This document shows, piece after piece, positions 13,834-49,802 of a stretch of DNA of 64,000 nt (position 1 is the stretch's first letter; every line of letters starts with the position of its first letter). A program made the position numbers and the translations under genes. The stretch spans positions 360,159 to 424,158 of the forward strand of contig NMRA01000391.1 in assembly GCA_002633005.1 (NCBI GenBank), given 5' to 3'. A model generated the notes under the pieces. It saw only the letters and a program-made list of their open reading frames with translations, searched no databases and had not been told where the DNA came from. The stretch comes from Phoronis australis. Lineage: Eukaryota > Animalia > Phoronida.

Positions 13834-13892
13834 GCGCCGAGCACGGCCTCACACGCTGAGCACGGTCTCACGCGCCGAGCACGGTCTCACGC
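13834..13892 (+). repeat. ~19-bp CpG-rich tandem repeat, 3 units
   Basis: gcgccgagcacgg(c/t)ctcac repeated three times with variants. Confidence 0.75.
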
Positions 13893-15224
13893 AAAAACAA
13901 AATGTCAGTTCTTTCCAAGCCTAGATATCACTTCTTAATCCAGTAACAGACAAGTTGAGTCTAGATTTATAGGGGTATGAAATCTAAACCAAAGCCTCGT
14001 TTTATGTGGAAACGCTGGTTTAAAACGGATTTAAAGTATTAATGAATTGTATTTATTTCTACAGTCACCTAATTACGTCTGTGGATGATGTTCACGTAAA
14101 TGTACATAAGTATCATCCCCTGTGCTGCAAACACGCGCCATGTTGTGATATTTGTCACGTGTAAGACAATCTTAGTGTTGTAGGCCATAATATTGACTGT
14201 GACATAACGTGTTGTTTACATGTTCAATCATTGTCACTGTTGGGCAATCTAGTAATCAGAAAACAAATACGCCAACCTTAATGTACCGTCTTTTTGTTTT
14301 CACGTTGGCAATTACTCAATAAATCGTCTCGAAAATCATTCGTTTCACATCTCCTAACACCATGTTAAACGCCTGGTTTCATCTGAAGTCTAGGTTAAAA
14401 AACTGAGGCTGTTCAGTAATTAAACTTATCTTTATAGCTGTAATTTGATTTTTGGCAGGACGTCAACACTATTGTTTAAAAGTGTGTAGCCTAACGCCTG
14501 GCACATGATGACATGGAACCAACGTTGTAATCTAATGATAACTCGTGAAACGGGGCTCAGAACAACCAAAACTTTGGTTCTGACCCCAGGAACTAATCTC
14601 CAAGCCCAGACTCGACACGGATCTAGACTCTAAATTTAAACAATCACGCAAACTCGTAAGTTTACTCGAAGCGCGTGCCATGCAGTTAAAGAGATTAAAA
14701 TCCCCGTGCTCGCTTCAAAACGTGTCGTTCCAACAATGGCATTTCGCCATCGCGTCATTCTGCTGACGTCAAATTGACAATCAAGGATCAAGACTTTGTT
14801 AAGTCGCTTCATGAAACGGTGACTTCGCCAATCTGCCGTTTTAACTTTTATTCAGCTTAGATTTGTTGATAGTGTGATCATTGTGGTATATTTCCCTCAA
14901 ACGATTTTATTACTTCCTTACCCACTTCAAAACAAATCAGCTAATGTCAAACCATGTTACTCAGAAACACAAAGTATTTCTCAAACCTTTTTATGATTGA
15001 AAACGATTTCAATCTCCAAAAAGCAGGGCATCGGCAAGATAAAAACAATAGTTGAAAAACCCTAGACATAACAGTTTCATTTCGATCACGATTGATTTAT
15101 CATTCGGGGGTGACCAGGCCGTTGATGACAGAAACTAAATAATATAATTTATAGCATTGAAATTTTGAGGAAGTTTCCTTCGAGTCATTGGCCGGGTCCA
15201 TGATTTTCTTCCGAGAGGCATCTA

Positions 15225-16053
15225 CAGGGTGGTCCTAAAACTGTCCTATTTTATATTTCTACCTGATCTTGTGTTTTACATCTTTCTCATGTTCTCACGT
15301 GGTGCAGACAACAGGCTCATTGAGAGTTTTTTACCTCAAAGGAATTGAACAATAAGCTATGCAGCAGTGGCTGTAATCAATTTCAGGAGCCTGAAAGTGT
15401 AGCAAATTCCAAGGGGGTCACACAATTGTCGACCTTTTCAGCCAGAGCACCATCCACTAAGGATGGACTGTTGCCTAAGATCACTTTCTATTTACATCCA
15501 ACGAACCAGTGTAGTGTAGTTTTCAATCCTGTGACAGACATCTTGGCAAAAAAGCTTTAGTTTATCGTGATCAGTCATTCTCCGTCTTCAAAATTTAATT
15601 TGTTTTTGTAAAAAAGCAGGCTACAGATTACAATGAGGAAAATCCTCGGATTAGTAACCTCAAAACCCCAAGTTCATGTGACAGACGGTCGTCCACACAA
15701 AGCCTGAATATTATTGAGAGTTCTGGCTCAAAGAGATCGACTGCTATTACCTTTATATGATACTCCTATGAAATTTGGTTTCACCAAACACTAAAAAGTG
15801 GTCCTTCGAGCAGACGCATGGCTCCTGCCAAAACTTCGCCGCCACCGTCTTTGTGTTAGAAGTACGATTTGTGAAAAAGTAGGCTTCAACGACTTTTATC
15901 CGCTGTTGCTTAGTGTGCCTTCCAATCTGATCCATATTCGTGTCAACAGAATATCTCCGGCCTACTGTCTATTGCATCTGAAAAATACTGAAAAATGCTG
16001 CAGAAGACAAATTTCACATATGTACAAAATAGGACGCCTTTTGGGCTAACCTG
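15225..16053 (-). mobile_element. Decayed, internally deleted Tc1/mariner-like DNA transposon
   Basis: TA flanks at 15223-24 and 16054-55. Imperfect TIRs: cagggtggtcctaaaactgtcctatttt versus the reverse complement caggttagcccaaaaggcgtcctatttt. The minus-strand remnant GRHTKQQRIKVVEAYF resembles the N-terminal HTH of mariner-like transposases and is frameshifted downstream. Confidence 0.7.
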
Positions 16054-16607
16054 TAAACACCTCCGGTTACCCCAAGATCCCCCTTGCGAATCACTCACAT
16101 GTCCGCCGAGTCGCTTTATATTTTAAATTGATTTCAAGTCAATGTTGATCAATTGTTGTTTCCGTATAGTGAATTTTCAAATTCATGTATTCCAAATGTT
16201 ACTTTCCTACAAAAATGGCAATTCCCAATGTGATTCATTTACAATGATACACCAACGCTGACACTTCTTGGTAGTTGAATTCACAAGACTGTATGGGAAA
16301 GAAACATTCGAAACCCAAAAGATATAAAAGTACAAATGAACCGGCTAATTTACGTTTTGTTTCATATCTCATCTCTTGTGCGTCACAATCCCACACAAAC
16401 GTCTGCTAATAATCTCAGCAGAAGTTGACGTCTGTGTAACAGTCCCAATATAGAGCAAGAAACCCCAAGAGAATTTTAATTCGACAAAATAAACGGGAAT
16501 CTTTCACTCAAAGTGTCATATTTCGACGTCATATGTTATTTTGGTTACAAATGGAACAAAAACAATTCAAAGTAACTGAAACTGCTAGTAATCGAAACGC
16601 GGACACA

Positions 16608-16672
16608 ACAAACCAAATCACCGTTTTAATGCAAAACGCAAACCAAATCACCGTTTTAATGCAAAACGCAAA
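16608..16672 (+). repeat. ~30-bp direct tandem duplication
   Basis: caaaccaaatcaccgttttaatgcaaaacg twice. Confidence 0.85.
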
Positions 16673-19214
16673 ATAACAACGTAATAAGCCATACACAAAA
16701 TGCCGTTAATTGTCAACCACGATCAAATAAAATCAACAACGCTTAGAGTATTCATTAACACGCGAATCGTACCCAAATGTCATGTCTATCAAATTGGCAT
16801 GTTTCACGTAATTCTCAGAATTTTTAAACACTTTTCAAACGCTTTAGACTTCATCAGAATATACACATACGAAATTAAATAGGTACTTCGTGTCTGTTGA
16901 CTAAGAACCGTGTTTGATTAGATATTTTTGTCCGCTAATCGATCACTGACATCCGGAGTGAAGATATATAAATGGTCATTCGTAGTGAATTGATTGGCAA
17001 AAGATGATTAATGGGAAGTTTAATCAGTTAATAGTTAATTACAAGTTATATTCTCCTTGCTTGTTGGATATGAATGTACAGCATCGATCTGCAAGGCATT
17101 GCCTATTGAGGCAAATACCGTTCAACTGTACGCTGACTAATCACGTTGCGAATTCCCGGGGAGTAATATTAGTCCTAGCGAATTCCATAAGGAATAAAAA
17201 TTGACACGTCTTATTAGCTACAAATGCTTTAAGGTAATGCGCTACCTTCGTTACCAAGGTTTTAATTTAGACTCATAAAACTGACATATTTTTTAGCAAC
17301 TTTGATGATCTCAGAATCTAATATGTACACAAATATTATCCCCAATTGTTCGTAATCGTGAGCCTTTTTAAAACTTTGTTTTTACAGATATCGTCGTAAT
17401 TTCCACAAATATCATTTTTCCATGAAACTTACAAATTCTGTTTTTTATCAAGTTACTTACAAAAGCCGGAGAACTCCACTGTCAATGAAGACAGGCACGC
17501 ATTTGTAGCTAACAGTATTAAGAAACAGAAATTTCACGTTTCGTGCGTATAAATGTGTTTGCGCAAAACTTGGTGATTCCATGGAAATGGTGTTTAAAAA
17601 AACGCAATCATGTGATGACGAACACCTAGGCAATGATTTCGTGAACATATTGCGTTAGTCAACTATATCGGAAAGTTTTATCAGAAACTCAATCCTTGGT
17701 AAAGGCGGTAGCCTATTACCTTACAAATTGATTGAGACTCTGATAAGTCAGTAACCTGTTCACCTGCATCTTTTAGTTTAGTCTTGTATTAAAACACAAG
17801 ACTAAACTATCTTACGTTTTTCTGTCGACACAGCTCACAAGGCAAGTATTAGCAGAGAAACAAGGTTCTTACTAGGATCATATTCCAACGTTGGTTTGGT
17901 CACTACAAGTTACTTTGTTGGCAAGCCAAGAATGCAAATAATTAATATTTACGATGGGCATTCGAAAGGAAGTCATCAGAAAATACAAACAAGAATTGAT
18001 CACACTCCGAAAGAGAATCCAAAAGTTAAACACTGCTGCTTGTGTTCGTGTTCGGTTTGTGCGTGTGGAACAAATGTAATCAGTAGTGCTAATGCACTTT
18101 CTAGCAGCGAGGCACAGCGTAACAGTACATTAGTTTTGTTAAATGAATTGAGAAACAAATAGTTGTGTTTGCAAATGTTTTTTTGGGGAATTGTAACAGT
18201 GATAGAAAGGTGAATAGAATTGATATGGCGTTTTTATGTTCATTTAAAATCATTTTCAGGCTGCCACTGTGTGCGTGGTAAACACATTGTATCGGTTGTG
18301 TTAGTTAACAATACATTCAGCGAGTTGGTAATAAGCAGCCTAATGTTCGTTATTGATTTATGAATTTCGAAGGGCGTACGCGTTTTTGGCGTCATTTGCA
18401 TTAACTAAACTAGTTGTAATTATACGTTCGTTGCTGTGCTGTCCTCTGATTCTGTTATTTTCACCACCTGAACGCTTCAAAATGTTTGTCCACGTCATTG
18501 TTTCCAGTTGGTTGACTTTACAACAATAGTTTCGCCAGGGTCGGTAATTAGTCTCCAACAACAGGCCTTAAAATCAATGTCAATTACATTTCATCCGCTC
18601 ACATTTTTTTCTTAATGGCACTATATTAAAAGAAAACGATTAATGAACATTTGCACTGCAAATATTGTGAACAAGCTCTCGATCAATTCAAAGTCAGTGA
18701 TTATTTGTTTTCTTTTTATCATCTATTCTCAAAATACCAAGAATACAACTAAACAGGTTGTTTGACGTGCCAAAGAGGACAATCATGATTGTTCTCCACC
18801 CTGGTGTTCGTTCGATCCTATGCAGTAAATCGGACAGATTTTCGTTATCGATGATAGGACAGGGTTCAGTAACCAAATATCTATTGTAACACATTATAGA
18901 TTTTAAGGCAACTGTGTACTTTTTCTATCAGTTCACAATTATTTATTTATCTTCAATTCACGAAATCCTGAATTAACAAAGAAAAGTTTTATGTTTAAAA
19001 AATCATGTCTTGAGGGTTGTCTTCGTGTGAGTATGTTTTCCTGCTCCAATCGTAATTTTTCACAAAGATCGACATAAGTTTTGCGTTAACCTTGAAAATT
19101 CTGTTTAGTAATTTTGTTAGCTACAAAAGCTTGTATGGTGTTTCTGTCAATGTTTTTTAGTTTGAGATTTGACTATCAAAACTCAAGACTTTATTGAAAA
19201 CTTTTCGCGAAACA

Positions 19215-19401
19215 CTGTCATTTCACGTTGACCTTACAGCACCGTATATAAGACATGTCATTTCACGTTGAGGTTGCAGCACTATATATATGACATGTCA
19301 TTTCATCTTGATCTTACAGCACTGCTGTATATATGACATGTCATTTCACGTTGACCTTACAGCACTGTATATAAGACATGTCATTTCACGTTGACGTCAC
19401 A
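19215..19401 (+). repeat. 40-bp tandem repeat, ~4.5 units
   Basis: Unit atgtcatttcacgttgaccttacagcactgtatataagac with minor variants. Confidence 0.92.
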
Positions 19402-20049
19402 GCACTGTATATAAGACATGTCTGTTTTTAAACGTAACATGTTCAGATGACTGCAAGGATCGAAAATATTTTTGTACACGCGTTTTATTTCCATGTTTTA
19501 AAAATGCAAGGTTTCATGGGTTGCACATGCGTGCATTGATTGAGAACAAGACACAGCCATCAGTTTTAATGACGCACACACTATATTTACTGAAACATTT
19601 TCATTCCTAGAACAAGTGACAAACTGTGAATTCATTTTATAAAAAGAAACATTGCAACATATTTGTGTTTTACAATGACATTATCGGCGACTTGTTTTCT
19701 GAAATCGACACCGATGCGAAATTGAACTCACAACATCATTTGTCGCAGCCCAACACATAGCTGTAGGAGCTAAAAATCGTTAAATCGCAGAGTAATATAA
19801 GCGAATTTAACCAGTAAAGTCATAGGCCTTGATTTCAGCGAATGCCTGGCAGACAACGGTGTGACTGAAGCGGTTTGTAGTAAAACACGGTGTAATGTTC
19901 AGCTGGGGAAGTAGATGCTCCTGCATTAACGGCAGAGTTAATGTAAATTCACTTTATTTCAAAGAATGTCTGACAGACAATGACTGGACAAGAAATGACA
20001 ATTCGTAATAAAAACACAAAAACACGGGTTTTGTTGTTTTATAGTTCTG

Positions 20050-20450
20050 GGCCCGGTCTCTAATCTTTGTACTCGAAACGAACTCAAAACTATTTTTGGC
20101 AATTTCTCTGCTCCTTTTGTGCGAACTTAAGATAATTGGTTAACAGCCTGTGCTCGAATACACTATAGTTTATGCATAGGAGTTTCTAGTTCAAGTTTGC
20201 CCTTGAAGACCCTTATATTCGTGCTACAAACTCGAGTAAAAACTCAAAATTTTGAGTTCAAACTCGAACTTATTGCTTTAATATTGGGTTTACAAACTGT
20301 GAACTAAGGGCAATAAATTATCTACGTAAGTTATTGTGTACTCGAGCATAGAATAATAGACACTTATCTTGAGTTCGCCCAAAAGTAGAGTAAAAAATGC
20401 CAAACCTAATTTCGAGTTCCATTTTGAGTAAAAAGATTGGAGACCTGGCC
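20050..20450. mobile_element. Foldback MITE, PIF/Harbinger-like, with CTG target-site duplication
   Basis: ctg|ggcccggtctctaatctttgtactc ... gagtaaaaagattggagacctggcc|ctg. Imperfect inverted complementarity extends ~150-190 bp inward (e.g. gcgaacttaagataa / ttatcttgagttcgc; tgctcgaatacac / gtgtactcgagca). Confidence 0.8.
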
Positions 20451-21509
20451 CTGGTCACAGTTAATAAATTCAGAAAATATTACCCATCCAACAAATGTCC
20501 CCAAAATACGTGTTTCGGCGGTGAAACCGACTGTGTTCCTTTAAAGAGTTCCCACCATGCATTTTTTTTAGTTTTTTTAAGTTTCAATTAGCTAATGTGA
20601 AATGAATACCATAAAATCTAATTAAATGAGCACTTTTAATGTCAAATAGTCGCGATTTTTTTTACAAATTTTTAATAAAAATTAGTTATTTTAAAGTTTT
20701 CCGCTAAATAATGTAATGACATTTATCTTATTTGGCCAGCAGGGATGTGTCATAATGTATACCAATGTCGTAACAACGTTAAGTTTGTAGGATGAATATC
20801 AAAATCTTGTTCAACACGGTATAACATTGCGTTGTGGGGTTAACACCGAAAATCGGCTCTCCTGGCCGATATCTCGGGTACAAGGTCGAGTCCTTGACTT
20901 TTGGTCATAATCGATTATTTTTCTGTTGTAATCGATCACCGGCCCATAACCACTGCATAGGTTTTCAATAAATACGTCACTGTTAATCGACTTTTCTACT
21001 AATTACTGTCTCGTCTGTTTGTAAGCTTGACTTCTTTGTTAACTCGTGTGCCAAGGTCAAGAGAGCTACACTAAGGGATGAAACAACGAACGATGAATAT
21101 GTTTTTATTATTATTGATTTTCTCAGTGTACCATATATGTGTTACTTTTTTATCCGTTGTGTTTATTTGTTTTATGCAGTCGTAATATAATTTCCTTATA
21201 ATTTCAATTACCTTTTTGTATAATTTTAGTTGTATCATTTTGTAAATTTGACCACAGTAGTGGGAATTAGCTCAACACTTTCCTGTGTAACGCAGGACAT
21301 TTTTTAATTGTACTCTATCATTATTATTATTTTTATCCTCGTTGTCTTGCCTTTTTCTTTCCACGGTAACATACACGTCACATATTTAATCAATTAATCA
21401 ATAAAACAATATATAGCAAGGAACCAAGTAACGATTTCGGTGCAGAGAGTCAGGAAATGTTTGAGGTCCTCGAGTACAGTTGTAATCCAACGACGAGGTT
21501 GCTATTATA

Positions 21510-21683
21510 GGCCCGTTCGTGCGAGTCTTTTTGCGACTTTTCCGGGAATTTCGGAAAACTTATTTCGTGAACACAAAAATTGCTGCTTTATTGGCTGTGT
21601 TCATTAGATTAAAAATTTTGGGACAAAAATTCTGACCTTTGTTGCAAGAAATCATTTTGCAAAATGACACGCGTGAACGGGAC
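21510..21683. mobile_element. Short degenerate MITE
   Basis: ggcccgttcgtgcgagtctttttgc versus the right-end reverse complement gtcccgttcacgcgtgtcattttgc. Confidence 0.45.
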
Positions 21684-24600
21684 ATTTAAAACTGCATTTT
21701 TGACAATACATACAAAGAATTGGCTGTTAACACGTACATGACACATCGCAAATTTCTCGAAATTTCTTGTACTGAAACATACGCAGAGTCGCCAAGAATC
21801 GTCTTCTGAAGGTGTATAATATTATGTATGATAAATACTGTTTTTTTCTGTAGGATTGTTATCAGGCTAACTGGGAGATTGATTGATAGAGAGGATTAGA
21901 CAAACGTATGGTTATTTCAACACAAATAACCGGAGCTGCCATGGTGTTCTCATACATGTACGGTACCTGTCGTGGCCGAAGTTTGCTTTTTACCAAACAA
22001 ACAAATGATTTTGAGTCTGATGATTACATACTTTTCACACGGGCAAAAAGTTCGGAGTTTCCCAATTAAGTCGAATACTAAAAACGAACTCTGACCACAT
22101 TGCCCCCAGCAGTTATGCACAGCAAGGTACAAAGCGCATGTGCGTTGAAGTGATTGGTTTCTGAACCCTAAATATGGGATAAAGTAAACAATATTAGTAT
22201 CTAATTTAAGTGTATTTTAATTTTCATCTACTTTCCAAGCTGCACAAATGCCTCGCCGCAAAATCAATAAAAACAATGCTTGTAAAAAAGTCCCACAACC
22301 TGGGACAGATATATCGGCTATATGAACCTGCCTTCCATTTCATTAATCAACTGAGACCAATTTTATAGCAGTTTGTACTCTAGATCAAGAGTTCGTTTCT
22401 TTAGTGGACTCGGAACGCTGGTTTATAGACGCTGCAAATTAAACAAATTTATTCTCGCTGCCAAACCAATAAAAATAATGTTTGTTAAACAGTAAAGTGC
22501 AACCTGGGAAGCTTAAATTCAATTAAAGGGTAATAATAGGTTTCACAGCCGAAAAACGTATGGGACAGTTGTTAAATGGGATAGAATTTATTGGAGATAT
22601 TACTTTTGAAACTGCTACAATACCTGTTGTGTTTTTGCGATTTTATTACAAATTGCCAAAGTTGTCTGCTAGGCATTCACTGACGGAAATCAAAGCCTGC
22701 GCCTTTACTATTTGGGTAGCTTGAAAGTATACCAAGTGCAGGCAGTTTCCAGTCTCTGTTCCATGTAAAACACTGAGAATCTGAACAGTACACTGTAGGC
22801 GCAAAGTCAAAAGATGATACCAAAGTCAATTTTCCATCTTTTACGAGTACCGTCGCTGCAAATACGAAGCCGGCTATTTAAAAACTAACAAAAATACATT
22901 AAATGTCAATTTTCACCGCATAGCTGGCCATTCGTGTGAAATTACTATGAGTTGGGAGATAGTTAGTCTGTTAAAACCTCCAGATCAGTTTTATAGACAT
23001 CAACTGAAACTTACTTGCCGGGTGTTAACCAGCCAGTTTCTTTTTTCTGAAGTGCTAATGTTTCACTCGGCTAGTTCCAGCTTCACTGCCAGCAAGCCAC
23101 GTTTGAATCGGTGGGCGCCTACTTAAATTCTCCAGGTCGTTTAAACACCGGATCCTGGTGCAAATGGGCTCTCTTAACGAGGAAATTTTCCACTGTTACT
23201 GGAATTACACTTTACTAAATTATAGTTTGTTCAAGACACTGCGGAGTTCATCCTGCTTTTATTTATTTGTTTTTGTTCGGCAGTACATTGACTGAGGCTC
23301 CGGGGGGACTGACTCAGTCTCGTCCGGCTTATGGTAGTTCTATTCCTGTCAATCGGCAGGAGGCTCACTTTGTAGAGCAGTAGCCTAGAGACAGATATGA
23401 ATCATGGCATCATTTGAATCTAGTCAAAGGGGATGTTCCCAGCCAAATTTTGATATGTGTGTCGGACTCCGGCATATCGGCAGTAGGTATTCTCGCAGGC
23501 CGGTGACCCGTGCGTACGCCGGTCCAACTGAAACTTGAGCTAATGATGGTGTTTTCGTCGAGGCCCAATTTTAGAGGTCCATTTCATAATGATGAGCCAT
23601 TTAAAATCCCGGTTGCCCGGTTAGGCCTACTGGCATTGGAATTTTGAATCGTCCGCCCAAACAGGGTCACGATCTCCGTGTTCCGATGCTCATTTATTGG
23701 AAGACCTGGCACAAATCAATGGGCGAATAAGATGATAATTGTTACATTAACGTCTTATCATTGGACCTTGAGTGTATCACATAATATCACAAATGTCACT
23801 ATTCATTCAAAAAAACAGCACGAAAACGCAAGTTAGAGAAATTTACAACGGAGTGTACAAAAGGAGGTCAATGTACTAATAGAAATTTACAACTAGAATA
23901 GTATTTCGTTTTCCTTTCAATTCTATTTGTAAACCTTTCGTTCATTGGACAAAATATGTAATTGAAATCCTACTCTTGTGCGTTATTTCTAAATTTTAGG
24001 AGCAAGTAATCAAGTTTGACTATATTCCCAAGTTTAAAAAGTTCCTAAAATTCGAGAATACTTATTTATTTATGTCATGCTTCCACAAGAATAGGAAAGG
24101 TTTACTCTTCTAGTTATTGTCTGAACCAATCAGCTTATTCGTAGCAAAAGCAGGTGTGTTCGGTTATTTACTAAAACAAGTTTGGTTGCTGTGTGAACGA
24201 ACTGAAAATAGCTCCGTTTTAACCAGAAGACGAGTGTCTAGAAGAGATCAGGTGAATACTATTACCAGCTTCAGCAACACACTTTCTGTGGTCAACTTTC
24301 AGTCTTTCACCGCTTGCGATATTTGAAATTGCATTCCTGAAGTCGTTGAGCACGACTTCGTTAGAGCCGCACAGCCCGGCAGCGGCAGTGAGTGAATAGT
24401 GACGACAGTGCACTAGTCAGTGGCACGACAGTGTACCACACTGCTACTGTACTCACGTATTCTGGCTAAGTGCTTGAGGTTTGGGATGTGCTACTTCTCA
24501 ATTACTTCAAAACATTCCTGTATTATAACATAATTATTCTCTGTTCACGTTTTCATCACAAGAATTCACAATCCCAAATTAAAGAATTGTCCATTAAAAA

Positions 24601-24866
24601 AGGCCTGTTTTGTAAACACGACTCCTTTGCCGGTTTTCGCTCAATTCCACCACTGGCACCAGAAGAAACCCCCAAAAACTACTCTTGTTTCCAAATGGCA
24701 TACAAGTTACAAGTAGGGCAGTAGGCCTACATTAAGTTTTGCTGTCTTTTTTCAAATCACGATCGACTTAAACTTTATGACAAAGATACTGTTGATAAAA
24801 TGGCGTGGGGAATAAGGCATTTGTCTGGACGGAACATGTTGACATTTCTGCATATATTGCCGACTT

Positions 24867-25015
24867 CATGGGCGGCACAGCACTGAAAAAAGTGGGGGGC
24901 TTAGGCCCCCTCATCCCCCCCTGTGATGCACCACCTATAGACCACGTGCGGCGTAGTCAGTGAAAAAAAAAGGGGGGGGGCTATAGCAACCCCCAGCCCC
25001 TATGGTGGGCCATGT
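24867..25015. mobile_element. Two adjacent degenerate copies of the ~70-bp GC-rich mini-MITE also at 58509-58577
   Basis: catgggcggcacagcactgaaaaaagtggggggct...gcaccacctat aligns to the reverse complement of 58509-58577; a second, more decayed copy follows at ~24945. Confidence 0.6.
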
Positions 25016-25929
25016 TTCTACCCATTACTGTATTTTGGTTCACTTAGGCCATGCAGCAACTACAGGTATAACTAACATTTTTAGTTGCAACTTGTAGACA
25101 AATTTGTGTTTCAATAGGCGACTAGCCTCTAGAGCATGTCTTTAAATAGTTATTTACGGACAGGTGACATATCTAGTGTTCAGTTCCAGATCGTCAATCA
25201 AATCTTTGGCACTAGTGAGTGACTATTTAAGTATTCAACAAGTTCAGTGTATGCTCTCCTGGTAGAAAATTTCTTCTTTCTTGACGATGTGCCATAAAGT
25301 TTTAATAATTAAAAAATAATAATTTTGCATTTTCCCCAAATACCTCATCTCTAACGTCAGCTCTAGTTGCTTGAAGCCATATCACACAATAAAAACAGAA
25401 ACTCGCCAAAAGTAAGTGTTCATCATTGAGCAACATCGTGCGCTTGCTTCAGAAAATAAAGAAAAACCCCTACACTATTTAATTGAATTATTTATTTCTG
25501 TTCAAATTTGTGACAATTACGTCCAACTATTTTGGAATGCATATTGTGATGTATATCCAACATGTATTGTGTTAAATCACTGTCATTGATCAAGGTAATT
25601 GCCTTGAAACTATAGTCACTTCTTACTAGTGTGCTACCTTGGATTTCTAAACTAACTAGCTATCGAGAGTGATCATGAACACTCACCTTCTCTTGTGATT
25701 GCTCGTTTACTCAGAGATTTTGTTAAGTGTCGGCCATCAGACTGGGTCCGATTTATTTTCTGAATGTCCGATTGATTTTACTTTAGTCCAGACATTTGGC
25801 CAATTTATTTCTAGTAATGGTGTAGACAGAATTTGCACTCTCTGCCATTCAGTGTTTGTCGCGAACTCAACAATTCAGGGCAAAGAACCACTTCGTTTGA
25901 AAGTTTTACTTTGCATTCTCTGCTGATCA

Positions 25930-26003
25930 ATTTAGGACAACGTTTGGTCTCCATACTCTAATCTTATTTAGGACAACGTTTGGTCACCATACTCTAATCT
26001 TAT
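25930..26003 (+). repeat. 36-bp direct tandem duplication
   Basis: atttaggacaacgtttggtc(t/a)ccatactctaatctt twice. Confidence 0.85.
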
Positions 26004-27289
26004 TGGGTGTTGCTTTTGCATTTCTCTCGTAGACGAATACTATTTGTTACTTTTGATGCATTTCTCAGGTCATCAGCGAATCGAAATTGAGCTCATTTCA
26101 TTAATTGTAAGGAGCTTTGTTGGCTAATCTAATATTTATGATTACCCCCTTTAAAAACTGCCATGCCATTCACTCTTTACTTTGACAGCTGCATTGCGCG
26201 ACATTTGAGTTTTCAGGGGGAGTAATTGCGACAATGTGGACAGCCAGTATCGTCTCTGTTTTTCATTATGAAATGGCGTGCACATTTGACGCATAGTAAT
26301 GAAAATAGAGTCGTGTTGTCTAATGCGAAAAGGCCTAAAAAGACTGTGGATTATTTTACAAGTCGAGAGTTGTTCCACGTACACAAATTGACTTAGATGC
26401 TTGTATGATAGATGATCCAGTTCCTGATCCGAATTGTAGTGGTAATGAGGCTCAGTCAACGAAACGCAATTTATATGCCTACTGTGACTGATGAACCTCT
26501 TAAAGTACAATTTTTATCGACAACATCGGCATCCAAGTTCTTACAGTTGGCTGCAAAATTGAGTGTTAGTGGTTATCAACCAGAAGAGCAAGTTTGGAAT
26601 GGCATAATTACAACCTTTTGACAATCCAGCAAATATATCTCTAGAAATATTGGTTTTATCTGGCCTTTCTTTTCCATACAAATACATGGAAAACGCTCGT
26701 GAAGTGGTGGATCTAGTGTACTTGATTACGTATTCAAGATCTTGGACCTAACCATGGACTCGATGTTGTGCATTTTTTGCAAGAATTTTAATTCCTGTGG
26801 CATGGAGTTTACTGTTGTCTGTACCAACTTCAGAAAGGATGGAATGTTGAATTTTAATTGACATTACGAGAATATTCACCATAAGAAAGCTGTACACGTG
26901 TAAGACATGAGACTGAGAGAAAACATAAACTGGAGGTTTCTGGACCGTCGAGCCCAAGCAATACCCAAGGCCTCTGGGATAGTGTATACCTGGGATGATA
27001 CTAAATGAGGGAAAACCTTCTGGGGAAAGTACCTTTCTTACCAGTTTTGGAAATGAGTTGTGATTTTCATGATTTAGATTGAAAATGGCTATCTGTATAA
27101 ACCATTTTTTGTGTCCAAAATAACTTTTGGTTCGCTGGCATAGTTACACACCCAAATGGGCATTTTTGCATTCTTGTCATATATTACAAGTGAATTGGCA
27201 TAATTATTTGCATAGACCAATCCAATGTGTCAGTACCTTGAACTTACAAATTTGAACTGAAATGTTAACGCTGTAATCTGAAACTTATT

Positions 27290-27396
27290 GAGCCTGGTCT
27301 GCAGCAATAAGGAACTCTAAATTCTTCCCTAGGCCAGAACTCGCCTCTAAACCGACTAAGGAACAATGTTAGACCAATTTTATGGTGGTAAGTGGT
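27290..27396 (-). repeat. Dispersed repeat family fragment (other copies at ~5365-5460 and ~11050-11130, + strand)
   Basis: The reverse complement accacttaccaccataaaattggtctaacattgttccttagtc matches accacttaccgttgagaaattggtctcagagcg (~5367) and gaaattggtctcaaattgttccttaatgtc (~11052). Confidence 0.55.
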
Positions 27397-27430
27397 CACC
27401 GTGGTAACCACAGGTTTAATGCTTCTTTAA

Positions 27431-49802
<22,372 letters not shown>

